Positions 52,732 to 64,000 are shown, counted from the stretch's first letter. The stretch is DNA of 64,000 bases from an uncultured Hyphomonas sp. (GCA_964538945.1 CAZIGV010000013.1:12148-76147), one strand, 5' to 3'. Made by a program: numbers and translations. Notes: generated by a model from the letters alone, not told the origin.

Positions 52732-54201
52732 TCAGCCGGCATGCGCCCGTATCTGGTCGTCAATCCGGCCCAGCGTTTCCTCGCGCCCGAGCCAGTCCAT
52801 AACCGGCGCCAGATCGGGGGCGGGTAGCCCGCCCGTCAATGCCGCCCGTAATGGCGGACCTATCTGCCCCATCGACAGGCCTGCTGCGGTGCAATATGTC
52901 CTGATCGTTTCCGAAATACTAGCGGATGACCAAGCGGCAAGCCCGGACAATTCGACCGAGAGGCTGCCAAGCCGCGCCTTTGCCTCACCGGATAACGCCT
53001 TTTTCGCTTTGTCTGAGAGTTCAAGGGGCCTTGAAACCCGCAGAAAGCGAAAGGCCGAGGCCAGCTGCACAAGCGTGTCCCCGCGGTCTTTCAGATGCGG
53101 CAGTGCCCGGCGGACGCGCTCAGCCGATTCGGCCGGGGCAGGCATGTCCGCACTCAGGAACGGCTCCAGCAGGGCCAGCAGCCGGTCATTGTCAGCTTCC
53201 CGGATGAAGTGGGCGTTGATGCTGGCGAGCTTTTCGAGATCCAGCCGGGCCGGCGCCTTGTTGATGCTGTCGAGATCGAACAGGGCGATCGCTTCCGCTT
53301 CGGTGAAGATCTCCTGGTCGCCATGGCTCCAGCCAAGCCGCAGAAGGTAGGCCTTCAATCCTTCGGGCAGGTAGCCGAGGTCGCGGTAGACCGTGGTCGA
53401 GAGCGCGCCATGGCGTTTGGACAGCTTGGCGCCGTCATTTCCGTGGATCATCGGCAGGTGGGAGAAAGACGGCACATCCCATCCCATCGCCTCATAGATC
53501 GGGATCTGACGGAAGGTGTTGCGCAGGTGATCGTCTCCGCGGATCACATGCGTGACGCCCATGTCGTGATCGTCGACGACAACCGCCAGCATGTAGGTCG
53601 GCGTGGCGTCAGCGCGCAGGAGAACCAGATCGTCGATCTCGGAAGCGTTGACCCTGACCTGGCCCTGCACGCCGTCCTCGACAGTCCTGTCGCCGCCATC
53701 GGGCGCCCTGAGGCGGACCGTGAAGGGCGCATCTGGCGAGGGCGGGGCGCCGCCGTCGCGCCAGGGTGACCGGAAAGGCGCGAGCAGGGCGCCGGCTTCG
53801 GCCAGTAATTCGGTGCGGCGCGCTTCACCGATGCCCGGTGCGCGCGCCTCAAGGCGCTTCTGCTCGCCGAGGTCCCGGCGGGCCTGCAGGTCCTCGGAAC
53901 TGACATAACACCGGAACGCGGTCCCCCGGGACACCATTTCAAGCGCCACGGCCGCGTGCCGGTCGGCCCGGGACGATTGCATCATGGCAGGCTCATCAGG
54001 TGTAAGCCCGAGCCAGTTCATCGCATCCAGAATGGCGGCGGTGGCTTCCGGGGTGGAGCGCTCCCGGTCGGTATCTTCGATCCGCAGGAGAAAGCGCCCG
54101 CCATGCCTCCTGGCATAGAGGTAGTTGAAAAGCGCTGTGCGTGCCCCGCCAATATGCAGCATCCCGGTCGGAGAAGGGGCAAACCGGGTAACAACGCGCA
54201 T
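52732..54201 (-). CDS. gltX: Glutamate--tRNA ligase
   Basis: RFAPSPTG, HIGG, RIEDTD, HVIRGDDH, KLSKRHGA. Confidence 0.97.
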   Translation of the reverse strand: MRVVTRFAPSPTGMLHIGGARTALFNYLYARRHGGRFLLRIEDTDRERSTPEATAAILDAMNWLGLTPDEPAMMQSSRADRHAAVALEMVSRGTAFRCYVSSEDLQARRDLGEQKRLEARAPGIGEARRTELLAEAGALLAPFRSPWRDGGAPPSPDAPFTVRLRAPDGGDRTVEDGVQGQVRVNASEIDDLVLLRADATPTYMLAVVVDDHDMGVTHVIRGDDHLRNTFRQIPIYEAMGWDVPSFSHLPMIHGNDGAKLSKRHGALSTTVYRDLGYLPEGLKAYLLRLGWSHGDQEIFTEAEAIALFDLDSINKAPARLDLEKLASINAHFIREADNDRLLALLEPFLSADMPAPAESAERVRRALPHLKDRGDTLVQLASAFRFLRVSRPLELSDKAKKALSGEAKARLGSLSVELSGLAAWSSASISETIRTYCTAAGLSMGQIGPPLRAALTGGLPAPDLAPVMDWLGREETLGRIDDQIRAHAG

Positions 54202-54401
54202 GATCAGGGCCTTTCAGCATAACGGCCACTCCCGCGCCGATGGGGTGCAGAAACACGAGGTCGTTGCTCAGTGCAAGGGGGGGCGGGCGCGGCCCGGCAG
54301 CGGTGCGCGAGCGGCCCAACACGTCTGCACCGATCCGCCGCCGGAGCGGCACGCCTTTGCGCTTTCTGAAACGGTTCCCCTGCCTTTCAGCAGGGCCATA
54401 A

Positions 54402-54611
54402 ACGGCCATCATCCCTGCCCGGCCGAGAGGTCCCCGGGGGCGCAGGTCTCTGGCCCCTGTCAGCCGGGTTGATCACCTTAAATCAGCGCAGGCCGGCACA
54501 CGCTGCCCCTCCGCCTGCACCGGCGGCCTGATCGCCGTTTGCACACTACCGCCGGCTGCCTTGTGCAGAGCTCCGGCGATCCGCCTGCCCGCCGGCGTCA
54601 GGCGGCAGCGC
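54402..54611 (+). pseudogene. Possible decayed comEC/Rec2 3' remnant (tentative)
   Basis: The 410-bp spacer between gltX and lexA has no credible ORF and sits where comEC usually lies in Alphaproteobacteria. One + frame reads ...CPSACTGGLIAVCTLPPAALCRAPAI..., which only loosely resembles ComEC C-termini. Confidence 0.2.
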
Positions 54612-55289
54612 TCATTCGTACTTTCTTACCAGCGAAACCAGCCGGCCCTGCACCTCGACGCGGTCCGGCCCAAAAATCCGGGTTTCGTAAGCCGGGTTGG
54701 CGGCCTCCAGTGCCACAGAGGCGCCCTTGCGTCGCAGGCGCTTGAGTGTCGCCTCTTCGCCGTCAATGAGCGCAACAACAATATCGCCCGTCTGCGCGCT
54801 CGATGTCCGTTTCAGGATAACGATATCGCCATTGAGTATTCCGGCCTGGATCATGGAATCACCCTGAACTTCCAGGGCAAAAAAGTCGCCCTCGCCAGCC
54901 TCTGCTGGCGCCGGCACATATCCATTGTCCTGCTGGATGGCTGAGATCGGCGAGCCTGCAGCGATACGCCCGACAAGCGGGATCATGCCCGGCCGGTAAC
55001 GGTCATTCATCTGATTGGTAACAAGCGCCGGCCTGAAGTCCCTGCGCTGGCGCATGCCGGGTGTCGGGGTGGCTGAATCCGGCAGCTTCAGGACTTCAAG
55101 CGCCCTCGCCCGGTTAGCCAGCCGCCGGATGAAGCCGCGCTCTTCGAGTGCGGTGATCAGACGGTGGATGCCGGACTTCGAGGCCAGGTCCAGGGCCTCC
55201 TTCATCTCGTCAAAAGACGGCGATACGCCGGTTTCCCGGATGCGGTCATTGATGAAAAGGAGCAGTTCTTTCTGCTTGCTGGTGAGCAT
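54612..55289 (-). CDS. lexA: SOS repressor LexA
   Basis: [10 protein letters not shown]...[28 protein letters not shown] (Ala-Gly cleavage site), GDSM, TLKRL. Start ATG at 55289. Confidence 0.97.
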   Translation of the reverse strand: MLTSKQKELLLFINDRIRETGVSPSFDEMKEALDLASKSGIHRLITALEERGFIRRLANRARALEVLKLPDSATPTPGMRQRRDFRPALVTNQMNDRYRPGMIPLVGRIAAGSPISAIQQDNGYVPAPAEAGEGDFFALEVQGDSMIQAGILNGDIVILKRTSSAQTGDIVVALIDGEEATLKRLRRKGASVALEAANPAYETRIFGPDRVEVQGRLVSLVRKYE

Positions 55290-55316
55290 GTCGGGCGCCT
55301 TCAGGAGTGATTCTGT

Positions 55317-55355
55317 GTTCACAACTGTTCTAGATGTGTTCCCGTTTCGGGTCAA
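55317..55355 (-). promoter_or_regulatory. lexA promoter with alphaproteobacterial SOS box (GAAC-N7-GAAC)
   Basis: + strand GTTC-TAGATGT-GTTC at 55327-55341. On the - strand, TTGACC (55355-55350), 17 bp, TAGAAC (55332-55327). An extra GTTC half-site is at 55317-55320. Confidence 0.88.
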
Positions 55356-55391
55356 GCCGGCCGCCCCCGGAACGAGGCCCCGCCGGCCCGT

Positions 55392-56183
55392 TCAGGCCGT
55401 GTCCCGCAATGTCCGGGTAAAGGCACGCCTGTCCGCGCGCTTCATCAGGCTCTCCCCGATCAGGAAACGGCGTATGCCAAATTCGCGCAGGCGGCGGACG
55501 TGCGCGGGCTCTGCAATCCCGCTCTCCGAGACCAGGGACCGGCCGGGCGGCAGCATCGGCGCCAGCCTTTCGCTTGTTCCCAGATCCGTGACCATGCGTT
55601 TCAGGTCGCGGTTATTGACCCCCACCAGCGGTGAGGGCAGGCGCAGCGCACGCTCGAATTCGGCCGCATCATGCGCCTCGACGAGAACGTCCATCCCAAG
55701 TCCCGTCGCCGTCTGATGCAGATCCAGGGCCAGCACGTCATCAACTGCGCTGAGGATTATCAGCACACAATCGGCGCCATGCGCCCGCGATTCGATGATC
55801 TGAAGCGGGTCGATCATGAAATCCTTGCGCAGCATCGGCAGCTGAACCGCCCGCCGGATGGCTCCGAAGTCTTCGAGGCTTCCGCCAAAGCTCGGGCTGT
55901 CTGTTAGGACGGACAGGCAGGCCGCCCCGCCCGCCTCATAGTCGCGGGCAATCGATGACGCGTCCGCGCCAGGCAGAATATCGCCGGCGCTCGGAGACCT
56001 GCGCTTGATCTCGCAGATCAGGGCATTCGCATCGCTCGCAGCTATGCCGGAAAGGGCGGCTTCGAAGCCGCGGGGCATGGCTTGCGCCTGCGCCTGTGCG
56101 AGCAGCGACGGCGTGCTGTGGCGGGCCTTCAGATTACGGACTTCCTCGGCCTTGTATTCGAGTATGCGATCAAGCGCCGTCAT
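55392..56183 (-). CDS. trpC: Indole-3-glycerol-phosphate synthase
   Basis: ICEIKRRSPS, LSVLTD, LRKDF, GVNNRDL, SESGI, LIGESLM. Confidence 0.96.
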   Translation of the reverse strand: MTALDRILEYKAEEVRNLKARHSTPSLLAQAQAQAMPRGFEAALSGIAASDANALICEIKRRSPSAGDILPGADASSIARDYEAGGAACLSVLTDSPSFGGSLEDFGAIRRAVQLPMLRKDFMIDPLQIIESRAHGADCVLIILSAVDDVLALDLHQTATGLGMDVLVEAHDAAEFERALRLPSPLVGVNNRDLKRMVTDLGTSERLAPMLPPGRSLVSESGIAEPAHVRRLREFGIRRFLIGESLMKRADRRAFTRTLRDTA

Positions 56184-57211
56184 GTCACCGGCTCCCCGCC
56201 CGATGCCTTGCGCAGCTTCGCAAGACAGTCGCGCGCCTGGCCGGAATCGATGGCCTCAGCCGCGATCAGAGCGCCTTCGCGCAGGTCCTGGGCGCGCCCC
56301 AGCACCATGAGACCGGCCGCCGCGTTCAGCAGGACCATGTCACGAAACGGGCCGGCATGACCGTCAAACAGCTCGAGGATGGCCCTTGCATTGCCCGAGA
56401 CGTCACGTCCCTCAAGCAGGGACAGCGGATGCGATGCCAGCCCGGCCATACCGGGCTCAACCTCAAATTCACGCAGGCCCGAAGGCGTCACCTCGCAGAC
56501 CCGGGTGGCGCCGGAGATCGACAGTTCATCGACGCCATCGACCCCGTGAACCACCCAGGAGCGCGCAGTCCCCAGCTCTCCCAGCGCCTCCGCCATGGGC
56601 CGCACCCAGCGGGGCGCAAACACGCCGAGTACCTGATGCTGTGCCCCCGCCGGATTGGTCAGCGGGCCCAGAAGATTGAAAATCGTCCGGATGCCAAGCC
56701 GTGTCCGGATCGGAGCAACATGGCGCATCGCGCTGTGATGCGAACGGGCGAACATGAAGCCGACGCCGGCCGTTGCAAGACAGCTGCGCAGGGTTGCTTC
56801 GTCAATTTCGAGGGTGACCCCGAGGGCCTCCAGTACGTCGGCAGAGCCGGTCTTCGGCGGCACGGAGCGGTTTCCGTGCTTGGCCACGCGCCCGCCCGAT
56901 GCCGCGATGACGATGGCACTGGCGGTGGATGTATTGAGGCTCTTCCAGGCGAGCCCGCCAGTGCCGCAGGTGTCAAGGAGGGGGCCGTCAATCGCGACGG
57001 TGCGGGCATGGCGCCGCATGATCCGGGCGCCTGCGACCAGCTCGCCCGCCGTCTCCCCCCGCACGGCAAGGCCCATCAGGAATGCCCCGGTCTCTTCCGG
57101 AGCGACCTGTCCTGTCAGCAGGGAGTCGAATGCCTGCTCAAGCAGGTCTGATGACAGTGGCTCACCGCGGGAAATGGCAAGTAATGAGGCAGTGAGCGCG
57201 CGTTCGGTCAT
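56180..57211 (-). CDS. trpD: Anthranilate phosphoribosyltransferase
   Basis: DTCGTGG, NTST, AKHGNRS, GSADVLEALG, IRTIFNLLGPLTNP, DELS. Confidence 0.96.
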   Translation of the reverse strand: MTERALTASLLAISRGEPLSSDLLEQAFDSLLTGQVAPEETGAFLMGLAVRGETAGELVAGARIMRRHARTVAIDGPLLDTCGTGGLAWKSLNTSTASAIVIAASGGRVAKHGNRSVPPKTGSADVLEALGVTLEIDEATLRSCLATAGVGFMFARSHHSAMRHVAPIRTRLGIRTIFNLLGPLTNPAGAQHQVLGVFAPRWVRPMAEALGELGTARSWVVHGVDGVDELSISGATRVCEVTPSGLREFEVEPGMAGLASHPLSLLEGRDVSGNARAILELFDGHAGPFRDMVLLNAAAGLMVLGRAQDLREGALIAAEAIDSGQARDCLAKLRKASGGEPVT

Positions 57212-57780
57212 TGCGGAATCTGCAGGAGGAAGTTCTTCAGAATGGCATGACCATGCTCGGTCAGGATGCTTTCCGGGTGAAACTGCACGCCGAATACCGG
57301 ACGGGACACGTGATGCATGGCCATGATCTCTCCATCCTCGGTGCAGGCATCAGCGACCAGTTCAGCGGGCAGGGTGGACCGCTCAACCGCCAGCGAGTGA
57401 TAGCGCACGACCGAGAACGACTTTGGCAGGCCTTCAAACAGGACGCCGCCCTCATGGGTGATGAGCGACAGTTTCCCATGCCGGATTTCCCGGGCGCCCG
57501 TCACGACCCCGCCAAACGCCTGTCCGATCGACTGGTGTCCGAGGCAAACGCCCAGAATCGGCAGACGGGCCGGCGCAGACCGGATCAGCTCAAGACAGAT
57601 CCCGGCTTCGTTCGGTGTGCACGGACCGGGCGAAAGCAATAACGCGTCCGGATTCAAGGCAAGCGCCTCAGCGGCCGTCAGGTCATCGTTTCGTATCACC
57701 CGGGTGCGCTGCCCCAGACCCTCAATGTAGTGAACGAGGTTCCAGGTAAAGCTGTCATAATTATCGATCACGAGGATCAT
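57208..57780 (-). CDS. trpG: Anthranilate synthase component II (glutamine amidotransferase)
   Basis: IDNYDSFT, LSPGP, GVCLGHQ, RYHSL, VQFHPES. Confidence 0.95.
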   Translation of the reverse strand: MILVIDNYDSFTWNLVHYIEGLGQRTRVIRNDDLTAAEALALNPDALLLSPGPCTPNEAGICLELIRSAPARLPILGVCLGHQSIGQAFGGVVTGAREIRHGKLSLITHEGGVLFEGLPKSFSVVRYHSLAVERSTLPAELVADACTEDGEIMAMHHVSRPVFGVQFHPESILTEHGHAILKNFLLQIPQ

Positions 57781-59201
57781 TGGTTAAACTCGTAGGCTGC
57801 CGAAAGTTCCGCAGCCCGCCGCAGGGCGCCGGATTTGTGGACGGTCTCGTCATACTCATACTGGGGCAGGGAATCGAGCACCACGCCGCCGCCGGCCTGA
57901 ATATGCAGATGGCCATCCTTGATCACCGCGGTGCGCAGCGCGATACAGGTGTCGAGGTCGCCGTTCCAGCCGAAATAACCGACCGCGCCCCCATAGATGC
58001 CGCGCCGCGAGGTCTCCACCTCATCGATGATCTGCATCGCGCGGATTTTCGGAGCCCCGGAGACCGTGCCTGCCGGGAAGCCCGCCAGCAGCGCATCGAC
58101 CGCATCAAGGCCCTGACGCAGATCGCCCTCAACATGGCTGACAATGTGCATCACATGGCTGTAGCGCTCGACCACGAAGCTTTCCGTCACCGTAACACTG
58201 CCATAGGCGGCGACGCGGCCGACATCATTACGTCCGAGATCAAGCAGCATCAGGTGCTCAGCCATCTCCTTGGGGTCGCAGAGCAGCTCCTGCGCACGCC
58301 GGGCATCTTCTTCCGGATCGCCGCTGCGCGGGCGCGTACCGGCGATCGGCCGGATCGCCACGCGTCCGTCCCGCACCCGCACCAGGATTTCCGGGCTGGA
58401 GCCGACGAGGCAGACATCGCCGAGATTCATCAGGAACATGAAAGCCGAAGGGTTCAGTCGCCGCAGCGCCCGGTAAAAACTGATCGGTCTGCGCCGGAAC
58501 GGGGTCGAAAAACGCTGGCTGGGGACAACCTGGAAGATGTCCCCGGCCTTGATATACTCACGGCAGGTTTCCACGATGTCGAAATAGCGCTCCTGGGTCG
58601 TGTCCGAGGTCAGCGTTACAGGCTCAGCGGCCTGATCCTTGGGCGCAATCGAGGCCAGGGTTTCGAGGCGTTCCTCAACCCGGTCCAGAAGCGCCTCGAT
58701 CCCCGCCAGATCATCCTCCTCCTGGCGTCCGACAAGCAGAAGCTCCTGGTAAAGATGGTCAAAGATCACAACAATGCGCGGCACCACGAGCAGGGCTTCC
58801 GGCACGCCCAGCCGGTCCGGTCTGGTGATCTCGACCGGCTCGACATACTGGATCATGTCATAGCCGAGATAGCCGAAAGCACCGGACGCCATGGGCGGGA
58901 TGCCTGACGGGGCCTCAGCCCGCGCAGCGGTTACAAAGCGCCGCAAAGCCTCGATGGGTGTTCCCGCCTCAACCACCTGATCCCGGAAATCGCCGGTCCG
59001 GCTGGTCGATGCAACGCCGTCCTGAATACGAAACCAGAGGCCCGGCTCGATGCCGATGAAAGAATAGCGGCCAAGGCGTTCCCCGCCGGCAATCGATTCG
59101 AACAGGAAACTGCCCGGCGCCTCCGCGCCCAGCTTGAGCAGGGCGCCGACCGGTGTCTCGATGTCCCCGATCCGCCGCCGGATAATCAGCCGCGCGGTCA
59201 T
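57777..59201 (-). CDS. trpE: Anthranilate synthase component I
   Basis: GDIFQVVPS, GSSPEILV, IAGTR, AEHLMLLDLGRND, FPAGTVSGAPKIRAM, YGGAVGY. Confidence 0.95.
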   Translation of the reverse strand: MTARLIIRRRIGDIETPVGALLKLGAEAPGSFLFESIAGGERLGRYSFIGIEPGLWFRIQDGVASTSRTGDFRDQVVEAGTPIEALRRFVTAARAEAPSGIPPMASGAFGYLGYDMIQYVEPVEITRPDRLGVPEALLVVPRIVVIFDHLYQELLLVGRQEEDDLAGIEALLDRVEERLETLASIAPKDQAAEPVTLTSDTTQERYFDIVETCREYIKAGDIFQVVPSQRFSTPFRRRPISFYRALRRLNPSAFMFLMNLGDVCLVGSSPEILVRVRDGRVAIRPIAGTRPRSGDPEEDARRAQELLCDPKEMAEHLMLLDLGRNDVGRVAAYGSVTVTESFVVERYSHVMHIVSHVEGDLRQGLDAVDALLAGFPAGTVSGAPKIRAMQIIDEVETSRRGIYGGAVGYFGWNGDLDTCIALRTAVIKDGHLHIQAGGGVVLDSLPQYEYDETVHKSGALRRAAELSAAYEFNQ

Positions 59202-61111
59202 TGCGCTTCCGAAATTGATCGCTTGTAGGCGGCAAGGGCAGCCGGGTTGGTGCGCACCTTGACGCTCCTGGTGATCTCGGACTGCAGGGCCCGGACAAGA
59301 TCCTGGCCGAGCGCCGCCGAGGCCGCGGCTGTCAGTTCGCCGCCGAGGCCAGCCATCATCTGTTGGCTGGGCGGCTCGACTGTTTCGACCTTCAGGATCA
59401 CGTGCAGACCGGGCGAGCCCGTGGGCAGGCTCACCGTGTTACCGAGGCGTGTCGCGAACATGGCGTCCTGGATCGGGCGGGGGATGCCGGACTGGCCCGC
59501 GGCCAAACGGTTGACAGCCTGCGGAAGGGTTTCGATCACCGCGCCGGCCGAGGCGGCAGCCTCTTCAAAGCTTTGCGTGCCCGATCCGATGCGATCGATC
59601 AGCGCGTTGACTGCATCCAGGGCTGCGCTGCGCTCGCGCTCGGCAACCAGCGAGGCCCGCACGCTGGTCTCGATCTCCTCAAAGGCAGGGGTCGATGCCG
59701 GGATGATCTCACGTATGCTGGCAATATAGATCGCATCCGGCGTGTCAAACCGGCTGGTCAGCTCGCCCTGTTCGAGACGGAAGGCCTGCGCGAGCGCGCC
59801 GGAGGCCTCGGTGAGAAGTGTAAACGGGCGGCCTGTCTCAGTCACGCCGGCCGCGTCGACCGGCAGGAAGCTGAGCACCGGAACCTTCAGATCTGCCGCG
59901 ATCTGGCTGAGATCATAGCCTGCCGCCAGAACCTCATCCAGACGCTCTGTCTTCTCGCTGAAGATCAGCTGGGCGCGCTCACGCGCCAGCTCGTCACGGA
60001 TCAGGCCCGCGACGTCTTCGAGGGGCTTGACCGGACCGGGCTGGACGGAGATCAGGCGCGCGACGATCCACTGGCCGTTGATTTCGCGGGGACCGAACAT
60101 GGCGCCGCTCTGCTTGCCGGCGCCGAACATCGCTTCGCGCAAGGCTTCATCCGCAACTTCGGCGCCCCGGCTGGTCCGCAGCGTGTTGGAGACGGCGCCC
60201 GGGACCGAATCCGGATTGCCGCCGCCGGCCAGCAGGCCGAAAGCCTCCCGGGCCGCATCGCGGCTGTCAAAGGCAAGCTCTGCATAGGTGCGCTGGTCAG
60301 GATCCGAAAAGCGCTGGGATTTCGTGGCCTCATAGAGGGTTGCCACTTCCTGGTCGGTTACAAGGATTTCGCCGACGAAATCCTCAGCCGAGAGGCGCAG
60401 CAGATCAAGCCCGCGCCGTTCCGGCCGCTTCAGCTGCTCGAGGTTTGCGTCATAATAGGCGCGCACCTCCTCCGGCGACAGGGTGACCGGCGCGGCCCCT
60501 TCCAGGGGGTTGTAGAAGAACCAGGACACGTTCCGGGTTTCTCCGAAATAAGCCACCTGAAGGTCTGTCAGCACCTTCGGGGCAGAAACCGCGGCTGTCG
60601 CGGCGGCCTGCATGGTCTGAATCGCAAGGTCGTCGCTGATCTGCTGTTCAAATTCCCTCAGGCTGAAGCCAAGCTGCTGCAATCTCTGGCGCAGCAGAGC
60701 CGGGTCCAGCTCCCCGGTCAGGGGGTTCTGAAACGCCTCAATGGAGCCTGTTTCCTCAAGGACGGCGTCAGTGGAGGGCTTCAGTCCGAGGCGCGCCGCA
60801 TAGCCGAGCACGGTGATGCGGGCCGTCTCGGCCTCGACAATCCGGTCAATCTCCCCGTTCTCGAGCGCATCGCTCTTGGTCAGCGGTTTCTCGCTGGCCG
60901 CGTTGATGTTGCGCAGGACGCTTTCGACGCGACGGTCCAGTTCAGCAGGATCGAAGCCCCTGGCGCCAGCCTGGGCAATATTCGCGCCCAGGCCGCCCCG
61001 TATCTGGCTGACGATCGAATCAACGCCAAAAAAAGCCATGCCGACGATGATGATCATCACGACAAACTTGCCAAAGACCGAGTTGGTCAGCCGTTTCATC
61101 AAGGCAAGCAT
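59198..61111 (-). CDS. ppiD: PpiD-like membrane-anchored periplasmic chaperone (SurA N-terminal/rotamase domains)
   Basis: N-terminal TM anchor (VVMIIIVGMAFFGV), long helical periplasmic body, degenerate rotamase region, conserved position between tpiA and trpE. Start ATG 61111. Confidence 0.8.
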   Translation of the reverse strand: MLALMKRLTNSVFGKFVVMIIIVGMAFFGVDSIVSQIRGGLGANIAQAGARGFDPAELDRRVESVLRNINAASEKPLTKSDALENGEIDRIVEAETARITVLGYAARLGLKPSTDAVLEETGSIEAFQNPLTGELDPALLRQRLQQLGFSLREFEQQISDDLAIQTMQAAATAAVSAPKVLTDLQVAYFGETRNVSWFFYNPLEGAAPVTLSPEEVRAYYDANLEQLKRPERRGLDLLRLSAEDFVGEILVTDQEVATLYEATKSQRFSDPDQRTYAELAFDSRDAAREAFGLLAGGGNPDSVPGAVSNTLRTSRGAEVADEALREAMFGAGKQSGAMFGPREINGQWIVARLISVQPGPVKPLEDVAGLIRDELARERAQLIFSEKTERLDEVLAAGYDLSQIAADLKVPVLSFLPVDAAGVTETGRPFTLLTEASGALAQAFRLEQGELTSRFDTPDAIYIASIREIIPASTPAFEEIETSVRASLVAERERSAALDAVNALIDRIGSGTQSFEEAAASAGAVIETLPQAVNRLAAGQSGIPRPIQDAMFATRLGNTVSLPTGSPGLHVILKVETVEPPSQQMMAGLGGELTAAASAALGQDLVRALQSEITRSVKVRTNPAALAAYKRSISEAQ

Positions 61112-61156
61112 GCAAATCGTCTCTTTTTGGTATGGGTTTGCCGTTTGGCTCACAGC

Positions 61157-61185
61157 TTGCTAGGCGACGGGCCCGTGACTTGCAA
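61157..61185 (-). promoter_or_regulatory. Putative sigma70 promoter for ppiD-trpEGDC
   Basis: - strand TTGCAA (61185-61180), 17 bp, TAGCAA (61162-61157). Confidence 0.3.
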
Positions 61186-61200
61186 GATAGGGAACGCGGC

Positions 61201-61959
61201 ATGAACCGTCTGCTGATTGCCGGAAACTGGAAGATGAACGGCCTGCGCGCCGACCTGGGCACGATCAGGCAAATCGCGGCCAGCCTGAGCAGCCCCGCCG
61301 CCGGTCCGGAGGCGCTTCTGTGCGTTCCGGCCACGCTGCTGGCCGAGGCGTCGGCCACGGCGGCGGGCACGGCGCTGAAAACGGGCGGCCAGACCTGCCA
61401 TTCTGCCGACAGGGGCGCCTTCACCGGAGATCTGTCGGCCGAGATGCTGGCCGAAGCCGGCGCAGCCTACGTCATCGTCGGCCATTCCGAGCGCCGGACG
61501 GCGCATGGCGAGACGGACGCGGTCGTGGCCGCACAGGCCGCCGCAGCCCTGAAAGCCGGCCTGACCCCGATCCTTTGCCTGGGCGAAACCCTTCAGCAGC
61601 GCGCCGGCGGCGAGACGCTGAGCGTGATCCGGCGGCAGCTGGAAGGCTCGCTCGCGGGCCTGACCGATGCTGCCCGTCTTGTCCTTGCCTATGAGCCCCT
61701 CTGGGCCATCGGCACAGGTCAGGTGGCAACCTCCGGCCAGATTGCCGAAGTGCATGACGACATCCGCCGTTTTCTGGGGGAGCGCTTCGGCGGGGCCGGC
61801 AACCAGGTCCGCATCCTCTATGGCGGCAGCCTGAACCCCGGCAATGCCGCCGAAATCCTGGTGATTTCGAATGTCGGTGGCGGCCTGATCGGCGGCGCGA
61901 GCTTGAAGGCGGCGGACTTTCTCGCCATCTACCGGACGGCGGGCGCACTCAGGGTGTGA
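61201..61959 (+). CDS. tpiA: Triosephosphate isomerase
   Basis: [44 protein letters not shown]. Start ATG 61201. Confidence 0.97.
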   Translation: MNRLLIAGNWKMNGLRADLGTIRQIAASLSSPAAGPEALLCVPATLLAEASATAAGTALKTGGQTCHSADRGAFTGDLSAEMLAEAGAAYVIVGHSERRTAHGETDAVVAAQAAAALKAGLTPILCLGETLQQRAGGETLSVIRRQLEGSLAGLTDAARLVLAYEPLWAIGTGQVATSGQIAEVHDDIRRFLGERFGGAGNQVRILYGGSLNPGNAAEILVISNVGGGLIGGASLKAADFLAIYRTAGALRV

Positions 61960-62032
61960 TCCGTCCGGCTTGGCGAAAGCCCGTAAGCGGGATAAGCGAG
62001 CGCGAACTCCTTGATCAGCCAGGCTCCGAACC

Positions 62033-64000
<1,968 letters not shown>

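Noticed and set aside
55392-59201. Functional link between the trp biosynthesis genes and the 'tryptophan halogenases'
   Set aside because: They are about 45 kb apart, the trp genes sit in their ordinary conserved neighbourhood, and the halogenases probably do not use free Trp.

Overview
Continuous GC-rich alphaproteobacterial chromosomal segment. Gene order and protein sequences suggest Caulobacterales/Hyphomonadaceae; this is an inference, not a database hit. About 83% of the window is conserved housekeeping backbone: a 14-subunit nuoA-N complex I operon with two extra genes between nuoD and nuoE; birA-coaX-rnj-mce-DUF1467-proS-lolC/E-lolD-dnaE; rpsB-tsf-pyrH-frr-uppS-cdsA-dxr-rseP-bamA-skp-lpxD-lpxA-lpxI-lpxB; gltA-gltX; lexA; trpC-trpD-trpG-trpE-ppiD; and tpiA-secG-pyrG. 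The left ~11 kb is the accessory-looking part. It holds an Entner-Doudoroff operon (zwf-pgl-edd-glk), a sugar-type TonB-dependent receptor, and two convergent flavin-dependent (tryptophan-halogenase family) genes. The 3' ends of the two halogenase genes overlap in a dyad-symmetric sequence that encodes the same C-terminal motif on both strands. No flavin reductase or biosynthetic scaffold is nearby. This TBDR/twin-halogenase module is the best candidate for an uncharacterised system. Other notable points: genes missing from conserved neighbourhoods (fabZ, moaC/moeA, comEC with a possible decayed remnant), an alpha-type SOS box over the lexA promoter, CcrM/GcrA-type GANTC sites upstream of dnaE, lexA and pyrG, and a 12-bp coding VNTR in secG. 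I saw no rRNA, tRNA, CRISPR array, integrase or transposase. All calls are by eye from sequence motifs; no searches were run.
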